Shown here one piece after another: positions 1 through 11,698 of a stretch of 64,000 nt of DNA. The position numbers and the translations under genes are program-made. This DNA is from Somniosus microcephalus (Eukaryota). The stretch covers positions 184,264,001-184,328,000 of the forward strand of contig CM126205.1 of NCBI GenBank assembly GCA_052327205.1, written 5' to 3'. Every line of letters starts with the position of its first letter. Within the stretch, counting starts at the first letter, position 1. The notes beneath the pieces are model-generated. The model was not told where the DNA came from, did not search any database, and saw only the letters and a program-made list of their open reading frames with translations.

Positions 1-1
1 T

Positions 2-2008
2 GGACAACCAGTCCGATTGGAACGGCCTCCCTGCCCATCACAAAGGGAAAGATCAGGGTACCCAGGCGGTTGGTCATATGAACTTGAGGTCCATCCCGGC
101 ACCACGCAAGTAGACTCCCTCAACTCGGTCTGGATCCCTGTTGTCAGACCCAGAAGTGACAATTATACACAACTACAAACTAGCGTGGATACTGATGGAC
201 ATATAACGGTCACTGGCATATATGATGATGCTGGACTGGGACGTTAGTCATATTCCTCCTGCTCACCGCACAAGGGGCAGCATGAAAAAATGATGGGTGT
301 GGTCATCAGTACCATCAACATTATAGCAGGGTGGACTAAATTACACCCATTCATTTGGGAACCAGGACTTGAGGGACAATATTGCCAAGAATTGTGTAGC
401 GATGTTCTTAAGTGGTTGGGACGTACTGATATAAGATGCTTTGATTTAACAACATGTGGATATCAAAAGCCGTTGCGATGTCCCACCACGGTGCCACCTC
501 CAATGGATGGCATGATTAGGGTCGGGGGCCTGAAGGCATTGTTACATGATGTAACTATAGTCACTTTAGAAGTAATCTATAACCTGAGCAGTATAGTGCT
601 GGTGTTGGAGGGCAATTGTGGTGATCACCCAGCATCAATTACTTGGGTGGAGCATAAATTGCAGTGATTACTTAGTGATTATAAGGACCGCATAGCCCCC
701 GAAGTAGGGGCCCCCAAGGGGCGGCGGAGACGGAGTATATTAGGGGAAGTGGGGGGCTTGTTTGGACGTGCCAACTCGGTCCTAAATTCATGGCAAATCA
801 CGGGCCTGGATAGCTATGCCTCCTGGGTGGTGCAGGAAAGCGCCAAGGGCCTGCGGTTCACAGCTCAGGGATTAGAGTATGCACTTACGGCAGTAGAGGT
901 GCTTGGAACCGGGTTACAGAGAGGTATAGAGGTCCTAGGGAAAGCCGTAATAAAGGCGACTGATTTACAGTCCAAGGGGTGAGCATGTGACATGCTGGCT
1001 CGGGACTTGATTGACAGCGTTGAATCAGACATTGAAGACATCAGGTTTGGGACGGTGCCCCATCATGCGCAGAAGTCAGCGGTCTTAATCTGATTAACTG
1101 GGAGGAAGATAGACAGGAGCTCTTGGTAACCCGACCAGCAGGCTGGGGGGCCTGCGGATGCATTTAGATTTCTAATGATGGTGCCACAGGGGCACAAGAA
1201 TGGGACATGTCGGGGGGGGATGTAAAGTAGAGTCTCTGGGAGTGGTCAGAGGCGAATCGGCATACCGGGTGGGTATCCACAGATACGTAGCACCTGGCAA
1301 GAATGGCACCCTGCTTATGACCACGGATGAGTGCTGTACTGAGTCACAGCACTACATAGTGTGTACCTGTAACACCCTGAAACCAATAGATGAGGGCTCA
1401 GCAGTGGTGGTGATGGCAGAGCCTCTGGAAGGTGCCTTTAGGGCAATTCAGGCATCTCCAATTCAGTGGTGTTTTCTGACCGACGAGAATAACTACCTCT
1501 ACGGAGGATTGGTATGTGCAAGTAATCATATATTTCGCCTTCAAGTTTCAGACTCTCATCTTGGGAGATTTCCATCGACCAGGCAGAACCCTCGCCGGCC
1601 TGGTCTTCAGCTCATGGTGGGATGACGAGTTGAGTGTGGATGATACACCAGGGAGGGCCGCTAGGGTGGCAGTGGAACAGGCCTTGAATGCCACAATGGA
1701 ATACATTGCACGGAGTAAACAAGCTCTCACGGGGACGAGTGGAGGTGGACTTGACCAAAAGAACGGCGAGAAGGCTGGCTGCTAAAAGGCAGGGAGCTTC
1801 AGCCATAGGCCCAGTAGGAGAGGGCCAAAGACAGCCTAACTGGTGGGACATAGGTAGAATGGCAACTGCCATCGCCACCACGCTCATCCTTATCGTCAGT
1901 AGATGCATCTGTTGCTATCTTAAACGGATGATATCCCAAGCAGTGCAAATAGTGGTGATGTCAAATAGGGGATACGCCCCGGTGTCAGTAGCCAAGGTGC
2001 CACTCTGA
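2..2008 (+). pseudogene. env: Decayed retroviral-like envelope (class I fusion glycoprotein) gene, 5' end outside window
   Basis: ORFs 17-247, 290-667 and 749-982 share one frame broken by in-frame stops. Furin site CGG CGG AGA CGG (RRRR, 722-733) is followed by fusion-peptide-like SILGEVGGLFGRANSVLNSWQI and a helical segment. Cys-rich ECCTESQHYIVCTC follows in 1200-1625, then WW plus hydrophobic anchor WWDIGRMATAIATTLILIVSRCICCYLKR in 1688-2008; frameshifts between these parts. Confidence 0.8.
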
Positions 2009-2233
2009 GACTGGGGAAAAGTGGGATGCGTATGCAATATAAATCTGGCCGACTGGGTCCCAAGCACAGCCAAAGTCACTAGGACATCGGTGAGGCTGTA
2101 AGAGGACCATGTAATTTATGGATTTGACACTTGCGGGAGTTCAGTTGGATCCCTGGACAATCCAGCAGGTAGAGAATTCGGGGATTTAGTTATGTCCTAC
2201 CTGGATCAGACGAGGTCTGACCAGGGGCCAACA
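1915..2233 (+). repeat. env 3' end / 3' untranslated segment, copy 1 of a ~320-bp direct repeat
   Basis: Near-identical to 4290-4611 (ATCCCAAGC.GTGCAAAT.GTGGTGATGTCAAATAGGG ... CTGGATCAGACGAGGTCTGAC.AGGGGCCAACA). Confidence 0.9.
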
Positions 2234-2486
2234 GATGAAGTGGGGTGAGTACGTTAATTTATACCACCCAGTAGTTAGGTCTGTGGGCACGGCGCAGTCC
2301 CTCGGACTATCGGGGATCTCGAACAATACAGAGTCAGAATGGCTGTCATGTAAGCGAGAGAGAGGGCAACATTGCAAAGTGGTTGTGGTCGCCGACGGCC
2401 AAGAGAGGGCCGGGGTAGAGAGCTTAACGGGTGTCTCACTGGGGGTAGAAGACCCCCGCGATTTCTAAAGTGTTAAGTTTTGCAAG

Positions 2487-3117
2487 ATGGCCGAGGGAAA
2501 GCCGGGTTCTCAGGGATCCATAATGGAGTATTTGTTAAATAAACATGACCAGGTAATAAAAAGAATGGGCAAGGAAGGCTCGGATCCTGAATGGGTTCCC
2601 AACCGACAGAAAGAATGGTGGAATAAGGAGGAGAAAACTGTAGTGGTTCTTTGTCAGGTCCACCTGAAAAATGTGTAAGATTGGAGCCACGCAGGAGAAG
2701 GAAAAAAGGGAATTAGTGGAACAGTTAATAAAGGTAGGCGCCAAGTGTGCCACTGTAATGAAGGCAAGGTCAATGCAAAGTGGAAGGAATGATAGTGAGG
2801 AGGTTGATTGGGATGATTTTGAAAGAGAGGCAGCAGAATGGGAGTGAGATGATGATATCCTCACGCAGGATGATAAGATGTTAGAACAACAAAATCAGAT
2901 TGAGCTTCTGCAGCGTCAAGTTGCCTCATCTGCTGCGATCATGCAGCAGCAGAGTGTAAACGTGGTTCAGGCAGGCTCCACACTGCAGAATCTTGAGGAA
3001 GCCAGGTGTCAGATAGCCACCCTAACAAAAAATCTAATTTGCAGGCTAACCAATCTGAAAACTCAGCAAAGGAAGGGGAAAAAAACAGGGATTTGGAAAG
3101 CCAGGGAAAGCTGCTGA
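2487..3117 (+). pseudogene. gag-like N-terminal ORF (coiled-coil), left copy, frameshifted with a stop
   Basis: MAEGKPGSQGSIMEYLLNKHD...EVDWDDFEREAAEW...LEQQNQIELLQRQVASS. Inverted copy at 8252-8861 sits about 300 bp downstream of LTR+PBS, the gag position. Confidence 0.6.
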
Positions 3118-3616
3118 GATGCCAATTTAAAGAAAAAAGGAAAAAAAGAGAAATCTAAAGTTTTACCGACATGGAAGTTATTAACGTCTGTGCTGAGACA
3201 AATAAAACACCAGATTGCTGAGTGAAAGGAACCTTAAAAAATGCTGGAATTTTAGTTTGTGTGAAAGTGTGTGTTAAAGTGTGAAAGTTTTCCTGACTAT
3301 GAATGTTTAAGAAGTTACAGTATTCCTTTTGTCTGAAAGTCAAAAAAAGAAAAATGTCTGTTGTGTGTTTTAGCTCCACCCACTTTGTTTTAAAAATAAC
3401 CTTTAACCCTTTTGTCTCGTCGTGGATTTTGAAAGTTTTAAGAATGTGCGAATAAGATTGTGCACCCAGAATTGAAACAAAACTTCAAACTACAATTTGG
3501 TGTGGAAAAACTGAGGAAAAACAACGTTTGTTTAACAAAAGATTAAGTTTCAGTCTAAGATTTAACCTTGGAGTCGTGGTTGCTATGGTGAAATCTTCCA
3601 AAGCATTTTTAATGTG

Positions 3617-3665
3617 GAAGCAAGTCATCCTCGGTTCCGAGGGACTGCCTAAGAGAAGAAGAGAG
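3617..3665 (+). mobile_element. Short RTE-like LINE 3' end with long (~70 bp) target-site duplication
   Basis: CAAGTCATCCTCGGTTCCGAGGGACTGCCTAAGAGAAGAAGAG flanked by direct repeats 3545-~3616 and 3666-~3741. The inverted sister arm (about 7715-7790) has one copy and no insert. Confidence 0.6.
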
Positions 3666-4289
3666 AAGTTTCAGTCTAAGATTTAACCTTGGAGTCGTGG
3701 TTGCTATGGTGAAATCTCCCAAAGCAATTTGTTTAAATGTGAAAAACTGCTTGTTCTCCAGTTGTATTCAATGTTTTCAGTCATTTGGAAAGGCATCTGA
3801 AGAAAGGACAATAAGAACTATGACGTAATGTACTGTTTTCTGCAAGCATGTGCTATTTTGTTTTGTTTTATCTGTTCTGTTCATGTTTAGTTGAAGTGTG
3901 AAAGTCTTTCTCGTTCGGGATTTTTTTAAATACATTTACGTGCAGTAACATAATTGCGTGCACCTGACAATGTTCGCTCCGCCTTCTTAAAAAACCTACA
4001 AAGGAGTTAACCTTTTCCACTGACAGCTGTTTAAGTTCACCAAGCAACAACTTCAGTATTGCTGAATGAAATTTAAAGATATTGGACATTATTAAATTTA
4101 AGTTTCTTAATTTTAAGTTAATATTTCCCTACAGTGACAGAAGGAAAATTATGATTTGATAAATTAACTCCTTGGGCTCTTAAACAGAGCCACAATGGAT
4201 TCTCTGCTTTTTTTTGTTATATGAAAGTTACCGTGTAAACTAATTGTAGCACTTATGTCTCTAATGATAAAACACCGTATAAACCCCAT

Positions 4290-4611
4290 CTATCAAAAAC
4301 AGATGACATCCCAAGCGGTGCAAATGGTGGTGATGTCAAATAGGGTATACGCCCACGGTGTCAGTAGCCAAGGTGCCACTCTCAGCGACTGGGGAAAAGT
4401 GGGACGCGTATGCTATATAAATCTGGCCGACTGGGTCCCAAGCACAGCCAATGCCACTAGGACATCGGTGAGGCTGTAAGAGGACCATGTAATTTATGGA
4501 TTTGACACTTGCAGGAGTGCAGTTGGATCCCTGGACAATCCAACAGGTAGAGAATTCGGGGATTTAGTTATGTCCTACCTGGATCAGACGAGGTCTGACT
4601 AGGGGCCAACA
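4290..4611 (+). repeat. env 3' end / 3' untranslated segment, copy 2
   Basis: Direct repeat of 1915-2233. Confidence 0.9.
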
Positions 4612-4624
4612 TGAGTAAGTGCTG

Positions 4625-5503
4625 CAGTTACACAGACATCCCCCCACTGACCAAGCACAGCTACACACACAGTCCCACTGACCCAGCACAGCCCCACTGA
4701 TCCAGCACAGACACACACAGCCCCACTGACTCAGCACAGTAACAGACATCCCCACTGACCCAGCAGTTACACACAGCCCCACTGACCCAGCAGACACACA
4801 CACAGACCCACTGACCCAGCACAGTTACGCAGACATCCTCACTGAGCAAGCTCAGCCACACACAATCAGTCTGACTGATCCAGCATAGACACACTAACCC
4901 AGAACAGACACACACAAAGCTCCACAGACCCAGCAGTTTTACACACACAGCCCCACTGACCCAGCACAGACCTACACAGCCCCACTGACCCAGCACACAC
5001 AGAGCCCCACTGACCCAGCAGAGACACAGCACCACTGACGCAGCAGTTACGGACAGCCCCACTGACCCAGCACAGTTACACAGACATCCCCACTGACCCA
5101 GCACAGTTACACAGGCATCCCCACTGACTCAGCAGTTACACAGGCATCCCCACTGACCCAGCACAGAGACACAGCCCTCCCCACTGACCCAGCACAGACA
5201 GACAGCCCCACTGACCCAGCACAGACGCACAGCCCCACTGACCCAGCACAGTTACACACACAGCCCCACTGACCCAGCACAGAAACACACAGCCCCACTG
5301 ACCCAGCACAGTTACACACAACGCCACGGACACAGCACAGTTACACAGACATCCCCACGGACACAGCACAGTTACACAGACATCCCCACTGACCCAGCAC
5401 AGTTACACAGATATCCCCACTGACCCAACACAGACACACAGCCCCACTGACCCAGCACAGACACACACAGCCCCACTGACCCAGCACAGTTATACACACA
5501 GCC
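4625..5503 (+). repeat. Minisatellite, ~30-40-bp unit CAGCCCCACTGACCCAGCACAG(TTACACA)
   Basis: Visible tandem array; reverse complement of the array at 9652-10443. Confidence 0.9.
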
Positions 5504-5980
5504 TGATAGGGTAACCTGTAGGTTTGGATAACTTTTACATGTATATTATGGTTGCGTTAGAAGCCATGCTATTAAAATGTTACTGTAACTGCAAGGCATG
5601 ATGGGAAGTTTGACCAAAACCAGACCAAAGCGTAGTGTCAGCATTTAACAGTAGCAGTAGTTGTAATAAAGTTTCTTCACGAAACCTTGAATCAGGAACA
5701 ATGAACAAAGATAATGGCAACTGGAGGCCGGATAAGATAAACAAAACTGCAGAAAGGCAGAAGTAAGGACCTTGGGTCCAGGACAGTTGAGATAGCGGGA
5801 AACATCTGCCAAAGCCTACGTAACCGGTAATTAACAGTTGATTATGTATAAATAAACTGTCTTGACCATTGTAAATTTGAGAGACTTCGGTACGCTGAAG
5901 GCTCTCCCCTGCATGCTTGTAATAAAGTTTCTCTCATATCACAGCCTACCCTTGACTCCAAGTGGTTTCTTTCCACAACA
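5504..5980 (+). mobile_element. LTR (duplicated copy of the 5' LTR)
   Basis: TG...CA termini (TGATAGGG...TTCCACAACA), TATA-like TATAAATAAA at 5847-5856, AATAAA at 5921-5926. Inverted near-identical copy at 9179-9651 is followed by a PBS. Confidence 0.85.
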
Positions 5981-6034
5981 ACTATCTAATTAGTGAAACA
6001 ATCAGAATAGAGTTAAACACATTGGTACCTGTGC

Positions 6035-6290
6035 TCGCAATCGCTTTTCAGGGTTCTATTCATACACTCCACCATTCTGGAACTCTGAGGGTGGTAAGGT
6101 ATGTAGAACCTCTGCTTTACCCCCAATAACTGACATGCCCTCTTCATGACCCTACCCGTAAAGTGGGTCCCCTGGTCTGAATTAATTTATAGGGGGACCC
6201 CCCCACTGGGGTATCACCTCCTCTGCCAAGATTCTTGTGGCCATATTGGCGGTGCAATTTCGTGTTGGGAAGGCCTCTACCCAGTTCACA
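6035..6290 (-). pseudogene. pol: Retroviral integrase core fragment
   Basis: Manual minus-strand translation gives WVEAFPTRNCTANMATRILAEEVIPQWGVPL*INSDQGTHFTGRVMKRACQLLG / KQRFYIPYHPQSSRMVE, a typical rve DDE core. Confidence 0.85.
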
Positions 6291-6435
6291 CTGATGTTCT
6301 TCTCCTTCCGTTAATATGCCACCTGCAGGGTTTAATCCACCATTTTTAACAATCTTTACGGACTATAAGTACCGCTTCTCTTCCCACGCTGCTCTTCAGC
6401 TATCTGATACTGCACTTAACCTTCCAGTATTAAGT

Positions 6436-6585
6436 AGGATATTGTTTATGTAGTTTGTGGGTTTCCCCCTTGATCATGACGGGTGTCATATCGACCCTCC
6501 CGCAATCCTGTTTGTGTCTAGCCCATACCTCTGGAAATTGTGAACACAAGCCCAAAGACACCCTCAGCTGTCCAATCCATATTCC
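6436..6585 (-). pseudogene. pol: Retroviral reverse-transcriptase N-terminal fragment
   Basis: Minus-strand translation LCSQFPEVWARHKQDCGRVDMTPVMIKGETHKLHKQYP, the VW...G...QYP start of RT; most of pol is deleted between this and the integrase piece. Confidence 0.7.
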
Positions 6586-8251
6586 ATGTAACTCTCCACT
6601 TAAACTTCAATTTCAATTCCTCTAACAGGTACCAGTGTGTTTAACTCTATTCTGATTGTTTCATTAATTAGATAGTTTCTCGTTGGAGTAAGTGTCAATG
6701 CAGGGACACAAAAATGTCTCCAAGAGAAAGCTATCAATTTACTATTTGTAACTACACTTTTCTGACTTTCACTAGAAAGCTAGGAAAATTGTCATTTGGT
6801 AGTGTAATTTTCCTGTTTCTATCTTATACCCTCAATCACATCCTCTCTCCATTTTACACATCCCATTAATTACCATTCATATCTCATTCATGAGCCCTGG
6901 AGGAACTTTACTGTCCAGTACAATATTTAAGATAGAAAACATAGCTCAGATGTTCTCACTTGGTCCAAGTTATTAACACTTTTTATTTATCATTATTTTA
7001 GAGGATCTTTTATTTACCCAAAAGTAACCCAATATATCGTGCCTGAGTCCATTTTGTCATTTCAAAATTATCCCAAAATCCAAACAGCAGTATTGTTGAA
7101 CTGACAGGTTTTGTCAATGTTCAATTTCATTCTTATCAATTTATCTTATCAATTCCGATTTCAGAAACAAGTGATTCCCATGCTGGGTGGTATACACAGT
7201 GTTTTATCATTAGCGACATAAGTGTTACAATTAGTTTACAAGGTAACTTTCATATAACAAAAGAAAGCAGAGAATCCATTGTGGCTCTGTCCAAGAGCCC
7301 AAGGAGTTAATTTATCAAATTATAATTTTCACTGTGGGGAAATATTAACTTAAAATTAAGAAACTTAAATGTAATAATGTCCAATATCTTTAAATTTCAT
7401 TCAGCAATACTAAAGTTGCTTGATGAACTTAAACAGCTGTCAGTGGAAAGGGTTAATTCCTTTGTAGGTTTTTTAAGGCGGCGGAGCGAAACATTGTCAG
7501 GCACATGCAATTACGTTCACATAAATTTATTAAACTTTCCCGATCGAAAAAGACAGTTGTTTTTTCACACTTCAACTAAACACGAACAGAACAGATAAAA
7601 CAAAACAAAATAGCACATGCTTGCAGAAAACAGTACATTACATCATATTTCTTATTGTCCTTCCAAATGACTGTAAAAGCATTGAATACAACTGGAGAAC
7701 AAGTAGTTTTTCACATTTAAACAAATTGCTTTGGAACATTTCACCATAGCAACCATGACTCCACGGTTAAATCTTAGACTGAAACTTAACCTTTTGTTAA
7801 ACAAACTTTTTGTTTTTCTCAGTTTTTCCACACAGCTTAACTTAAATTGTAGTTTGAAGTTTTGTTTCAATTCTGGGTGCACAATCTTATTCGCACATTC
7901 TTAAAACTTCCAAAATCCAAGTCAAAAGGGTTAAATGCTTTTTTTAAACAGAGAAGTGGGTGGAGCTAAAACACACAACAGACATTTTTCTTTTTTTTAA
8001 AGACAGACTTTCAGACAAAAGGAATATTGTAACTTCTTAAACATTCATAGTCAGGAAAACTTTCACACTTTCACACAAACTAAAATTCCAGCATTTTTTA
8101 AGGTTCCTTTCACTCAGCAATCTGGTGTTTTATTTGTCTCAGCACAGACGTTAATAACTTCCATGTCGGTAAAACTTTAGGTTTCTCTTTTTTTCCTTTT
8201 TTCTTTAAATTGGCATCTCCGCAGCTTTCCCTGGCTTTCCAAATCCCTGTT

Positions 8252-8861
8252 TTATCCCCCCTTCCTTTGCTGAGTTTTCAGATTGGTTAGCCTGCAAATT
8301 AGATCTTTTGTTAGGGTGGCTATCTGACACCTGGCTTCCTCAAGATTCTGCAGTGCGGAGCCTGCCTGAACCACGTTTACACTCTGCTGCTGCATGATTG
8401 CAGCAGATGAGGCAACTTGACACTGCAGAAGCTCAATCTGATTTTGTTGTTCTAACATCTTATCATCCTGCATGAGGATATCATCATCTCGCTCCCATTC
8501 TGCTGCCTCTCTTTCAAAATCATCCCAATCAACCTCCTCACTATCATTCCTTCCACTTTGCATTGACCTTGCCTTCATTACAGTGGCACACTTGGCGCCT
8601 ACCTTTTTTAACTGTTCCACTAACTCTTTTTCCTTCTCCCGTGTGGCTCCAATCTTACACATTTTTCAGGTGGACCTGACAAAGATCCACTACAGTTTTC
8701 TCCTCCTTATTCTTGCTCTCCTTACTCCACCATTCTTTCTGTCGGTCGGGAACCCATTCAGGATCCGAGCCTTCCTTGCCCATTCTTTTTATTACCTTGT
8801 CATGTTTATTTAACAAATACTCCATTATGGATCCCTGAGAACCCGGCTTTCCCTCGGCCAT
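8252..8861 (-). pseudogene. gag-like N-terminal ORF (coiled-coil), right copy
   Basis: ORFs 8655-8861 and 8252-8662 overlap at one frameshift (CACCTGAAAAATGTG); downstream of LTR, PBS and a leader with a GG|GTGAGT donor. Confidence 0.65.
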
Positions 8862-9157
8862 CTTGCGAAACTTAACACTTTAGAAATCGCGGGGGTCTTC
8901 TACCCCCAGAGAGACACCCGTTAAGTTCTCTCCCCCGGCCCTCTCCTGGCCGTCGGCGACCACAACCACTTTGCAACGTTGTCCTCTCTCTCGCTTACAT
9001 GACAGCCATTCTGACTCTGTATTGTTCGAGATCCCCGATAGTCCGAGGGACTGTTCCGTGCCCACAGACCTAATTACTGGGTGGTATAAATTAACGTACT
9101 CACCCCACTTCATCTGTTGGTCCCGGAACAGTGTCCTTGTTTCGGAACTAGCAGCGG

Positions 9158-9175
9158 ATTCTACCGACTACGCCA
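9158..9175 (-). promoter_or_regulatory. Primer binding site, tRNA-Ser
   Basis: Minus strand TGGCGTAGTCGGTAGAAT, 3 nt after the LTR CA; 16/18 match to the complement of the vertebrate tRNA-Ser 3' end ATCCTGCCGACTACGCCA. Confidence 0.9.
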
Positions 9176-9178
9176 AGT

Positions 9179-9651
9179 TGTTGTGGAAGAAACCACTCGG
9201 AGTCCATGGGTAGGCTGTGATATGAGAGAAACTTTATTACAAGCATGCAGGGGAGAGCCTTCAGCGTACTGAAGTGTCTCAAATTTACAATGGTCGTAGT
9301 AGTTTATTTATACATAATCAACTGTTAATTACCGGTTACATAGGCTTTGGCAGATGCTTCCTGCTATCTCAACTGTCCCGGACCCAAGGTCCTTACTTCT
9401 GCCTTTCTGCAGTTTTGTTTATCTTATCCGGCCTCCAGTTACCATTATCTTTGTTCATTGTGCCTAATTCAAGGTTTCGTGAAGAAACTTTATTAAACTA
9501 CTACTGTTAAATGCTGACACTACTCTTTGGTCTGGTTTTGGTCAAGCTTCCCATCATGCCTTGCAGTTACAGTAACATTTTAATAGCATAGCTTCTAACA
9601 CAATTATAATATACATGTAAAAGTTATCCAAACCTACAGGTTACCCTATCA
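9179..9651 (-). mobile_element. 5' LTR of endogenous retrovirus-like element
   Basis: TG...CA termini, TATA and AATAAA, directly followed by PBS and gag-like ORF on the minus strand. Confidence 0.88.
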
Positions 9652-10443
9652 GGCTGTGTGTATAACTGTGCTGGGTCAGTGGGGCTGTGTGTCTGTGCTG
9701 GGTCAGTGGGGATATCTGTGTAACTGTGCTGGGTCAGTGGGGATGTCTGTGTAACTGTGCTGTGTCAGTGGGGTTGTGTGTAACTGTGCTGGGTCAGTGG
9801 GGCTGTGTGTTTCTGTGCTGGGTCAGTGGGGCTGTGTGTCTGTGCTGGGTCAGTGGGGCTGTGTGTGTAACTGTGCTGGGTCAGTGGGGCAGTGTGTCTG
9901 TGCTGGGTCAGTGAGGCTGTGTGTCTGTGCTGGGTCAGTGGGGATGTCTGTGTAACTGTGCTGGGTCAGTGGGGCTGTCCGTAACTGCTGCGTCAGTGGT
10001 GCTGTGTGTCTGCTGGGTCAGTAGGGCTCTGTGTGTGTGTGTGCTGGGTCAGTGGGGCTGTGTAGATCTGTGCCGGGTCAGTGGGTCTGTGTGTGTAAAA
10101 CTGCTGGGTCTGTGGAGCTTTGTGTGTGTCTGTTCTGGGTCAGTGTGTTTATGCTGGATCAGTCAGACTGATTGTGTGTGGCTGAGCTGGGTCAGTGGGG
10201 ATGTCTGTGTAACTGTGCTGGGTCAGTGGGTCTGTGTGTAACTGCTGGGTCAGTGGGGATGTCTGTTACTGTGCTGGGTCAGTGGGGATGTCTGTTACTG
10301 TGCTGGGTCAGTGGGGATGTCTGTTACTGTGCTGAGTCAGTGGGGCTGTGTGTGTCTGTGCTAGATCAGTGGGGCTGTGCTGGGTCAGTGGGACTGTGTG
10401 TGTAGCTGTGCTGGGTCAGTGGGGGGATGTCTGTGTAACTGCA
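9652..10443 (-). repeat. Minisatellite (CTGTGCTGGGTCAGTGGGG unit), inverted partner of 4625-5503
   Basis: Visible tandem array. Confidence 0.9.
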
Positions 10444-11698
10444 GCACTTACTCACCAATAACTTGCTCACTGATGCCCAGTTTGGGTTCTGCCAGGACCA
10501 CTCAGCTCCAGACCTCATTACAGCCTTGGTCCAAACATGGACAAAAGAGCTGAATTCCAGAGGTGAGGTGAGAGTGACTATCCTTGACATCAAGGCAGCA
10601 TTTGAGTGTGGCATCAAGGAGCCGGAGTAAAACTGAATCGGGGGGAAACTCTCCACTGGCTGGAAGATGGTTGTGGTGTTTGGAGGTCAATCATCACAGC
10701 CCCAGGACATTGCTGCAGGAGTTCCTTGGGGCAGTGTCTTAGGTCCAACCATCTTCAGCTGCTTCATCAATGACCTTTCCTCCATCACAAGGTCAGAAGT
10801 GGGGATGTCCACTGATGACTGCAGTGTTCAGTGCCATTCGCAACTCCTCAGATAATGAAGCAGTCCATGCCCGCGTGCAGCAAGACATGGATGACATTCA
10901 GGCTTGGGCTGATAAGTGGCAGGTAACTTTCGCGCCACACAAGTGCCAGGCAATGACTATCTCCAACAATCGAGCGTCTAACCACTGCCCCTTGATCTTC
11001 AATGGCATTACCATCGCCGAATCCCCCACCATCAACATCCTGGGAGTCACCATTGACCAGAAACATAACTGGACCAGCCACATAAATACTGTGGCAACAA
11101 GAGAAGGTCAGAGGCTGGGTAGGCTGGGTGTCTCTCCTTCTGACTCCCCAAAGCCTTTCCACCATCTACAAGGCACAAGTCAGGAGTGTGATGGAATACT
11201 CTCCACTTGCCTGGATGAGTGTAGCTCCAACAACACTCGACACCATCCAGGACAAAGCAGCCCGCTTGATTGGCATCCCATCCACCACCTTAAACATTCA
11301 GTCCCTCCACCATCGGCGTACCGTGGCTACAGTGTGTACCATCTACAAGATGCACTGCAACAACTCACCAAGGCTTCTTCAGCAGCACCTCCCAAACCCG
11401 CGACCTCTTCCACCTAGAGGGACAAGGGCAGCAGGCGCATGGGAACACCACCACCTCCAAGTTCCCCTCCAAATCACACACCATCCTGACTTGGAAGTAT
11501 TTTGCCAGACCTTCATCATCGCTGGGTCAAAATCCTGGAACTCCCTCCCTAACGGCACTGGGGGAGTACCTTCACCACACGGACTGCAGCGGTTCAAGAA
11601 GGCAGCTCACCACCACCTTCTCAAGGGCAACTAGGGATGGGCAATAAATGCTGGCCTTGCCAGCGACGCCCACATACCATGAATGAATATTTAAAAAA
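10444..11698 (+). mobile_element. 5'-truncated LINE family B (CR1/L2-group non-LTR retrotransposon), decayed RT and 3' end
   Basis: GVPWGSVLGPTIFSCFINDL, WADKWQVTFAPHKCQ, VRSVMEYSPLAWMS; 3' end GGCAATAAATGCTGGCCTTGCCAGCGACGCCCACA...ATGAATGAAT; same family as 50141-51858. Confidence 0.9.

Noticed and set aside
4564-5369. Cys/Val-rich ORFs (also 9687-10405, 30620-31877, 49084-49678)
   Set aside because: Translations of minisatellite or TG-rich repeats.
5504-9651. The two LTRs as the 5'/3' pair of one provirus, or as DIRS-type inverted terminal repeats
   Set aside because: They are inverted and share the same external satellite flank, and the element has a DDE integrase and a tRNA PBS; duplication explains them.
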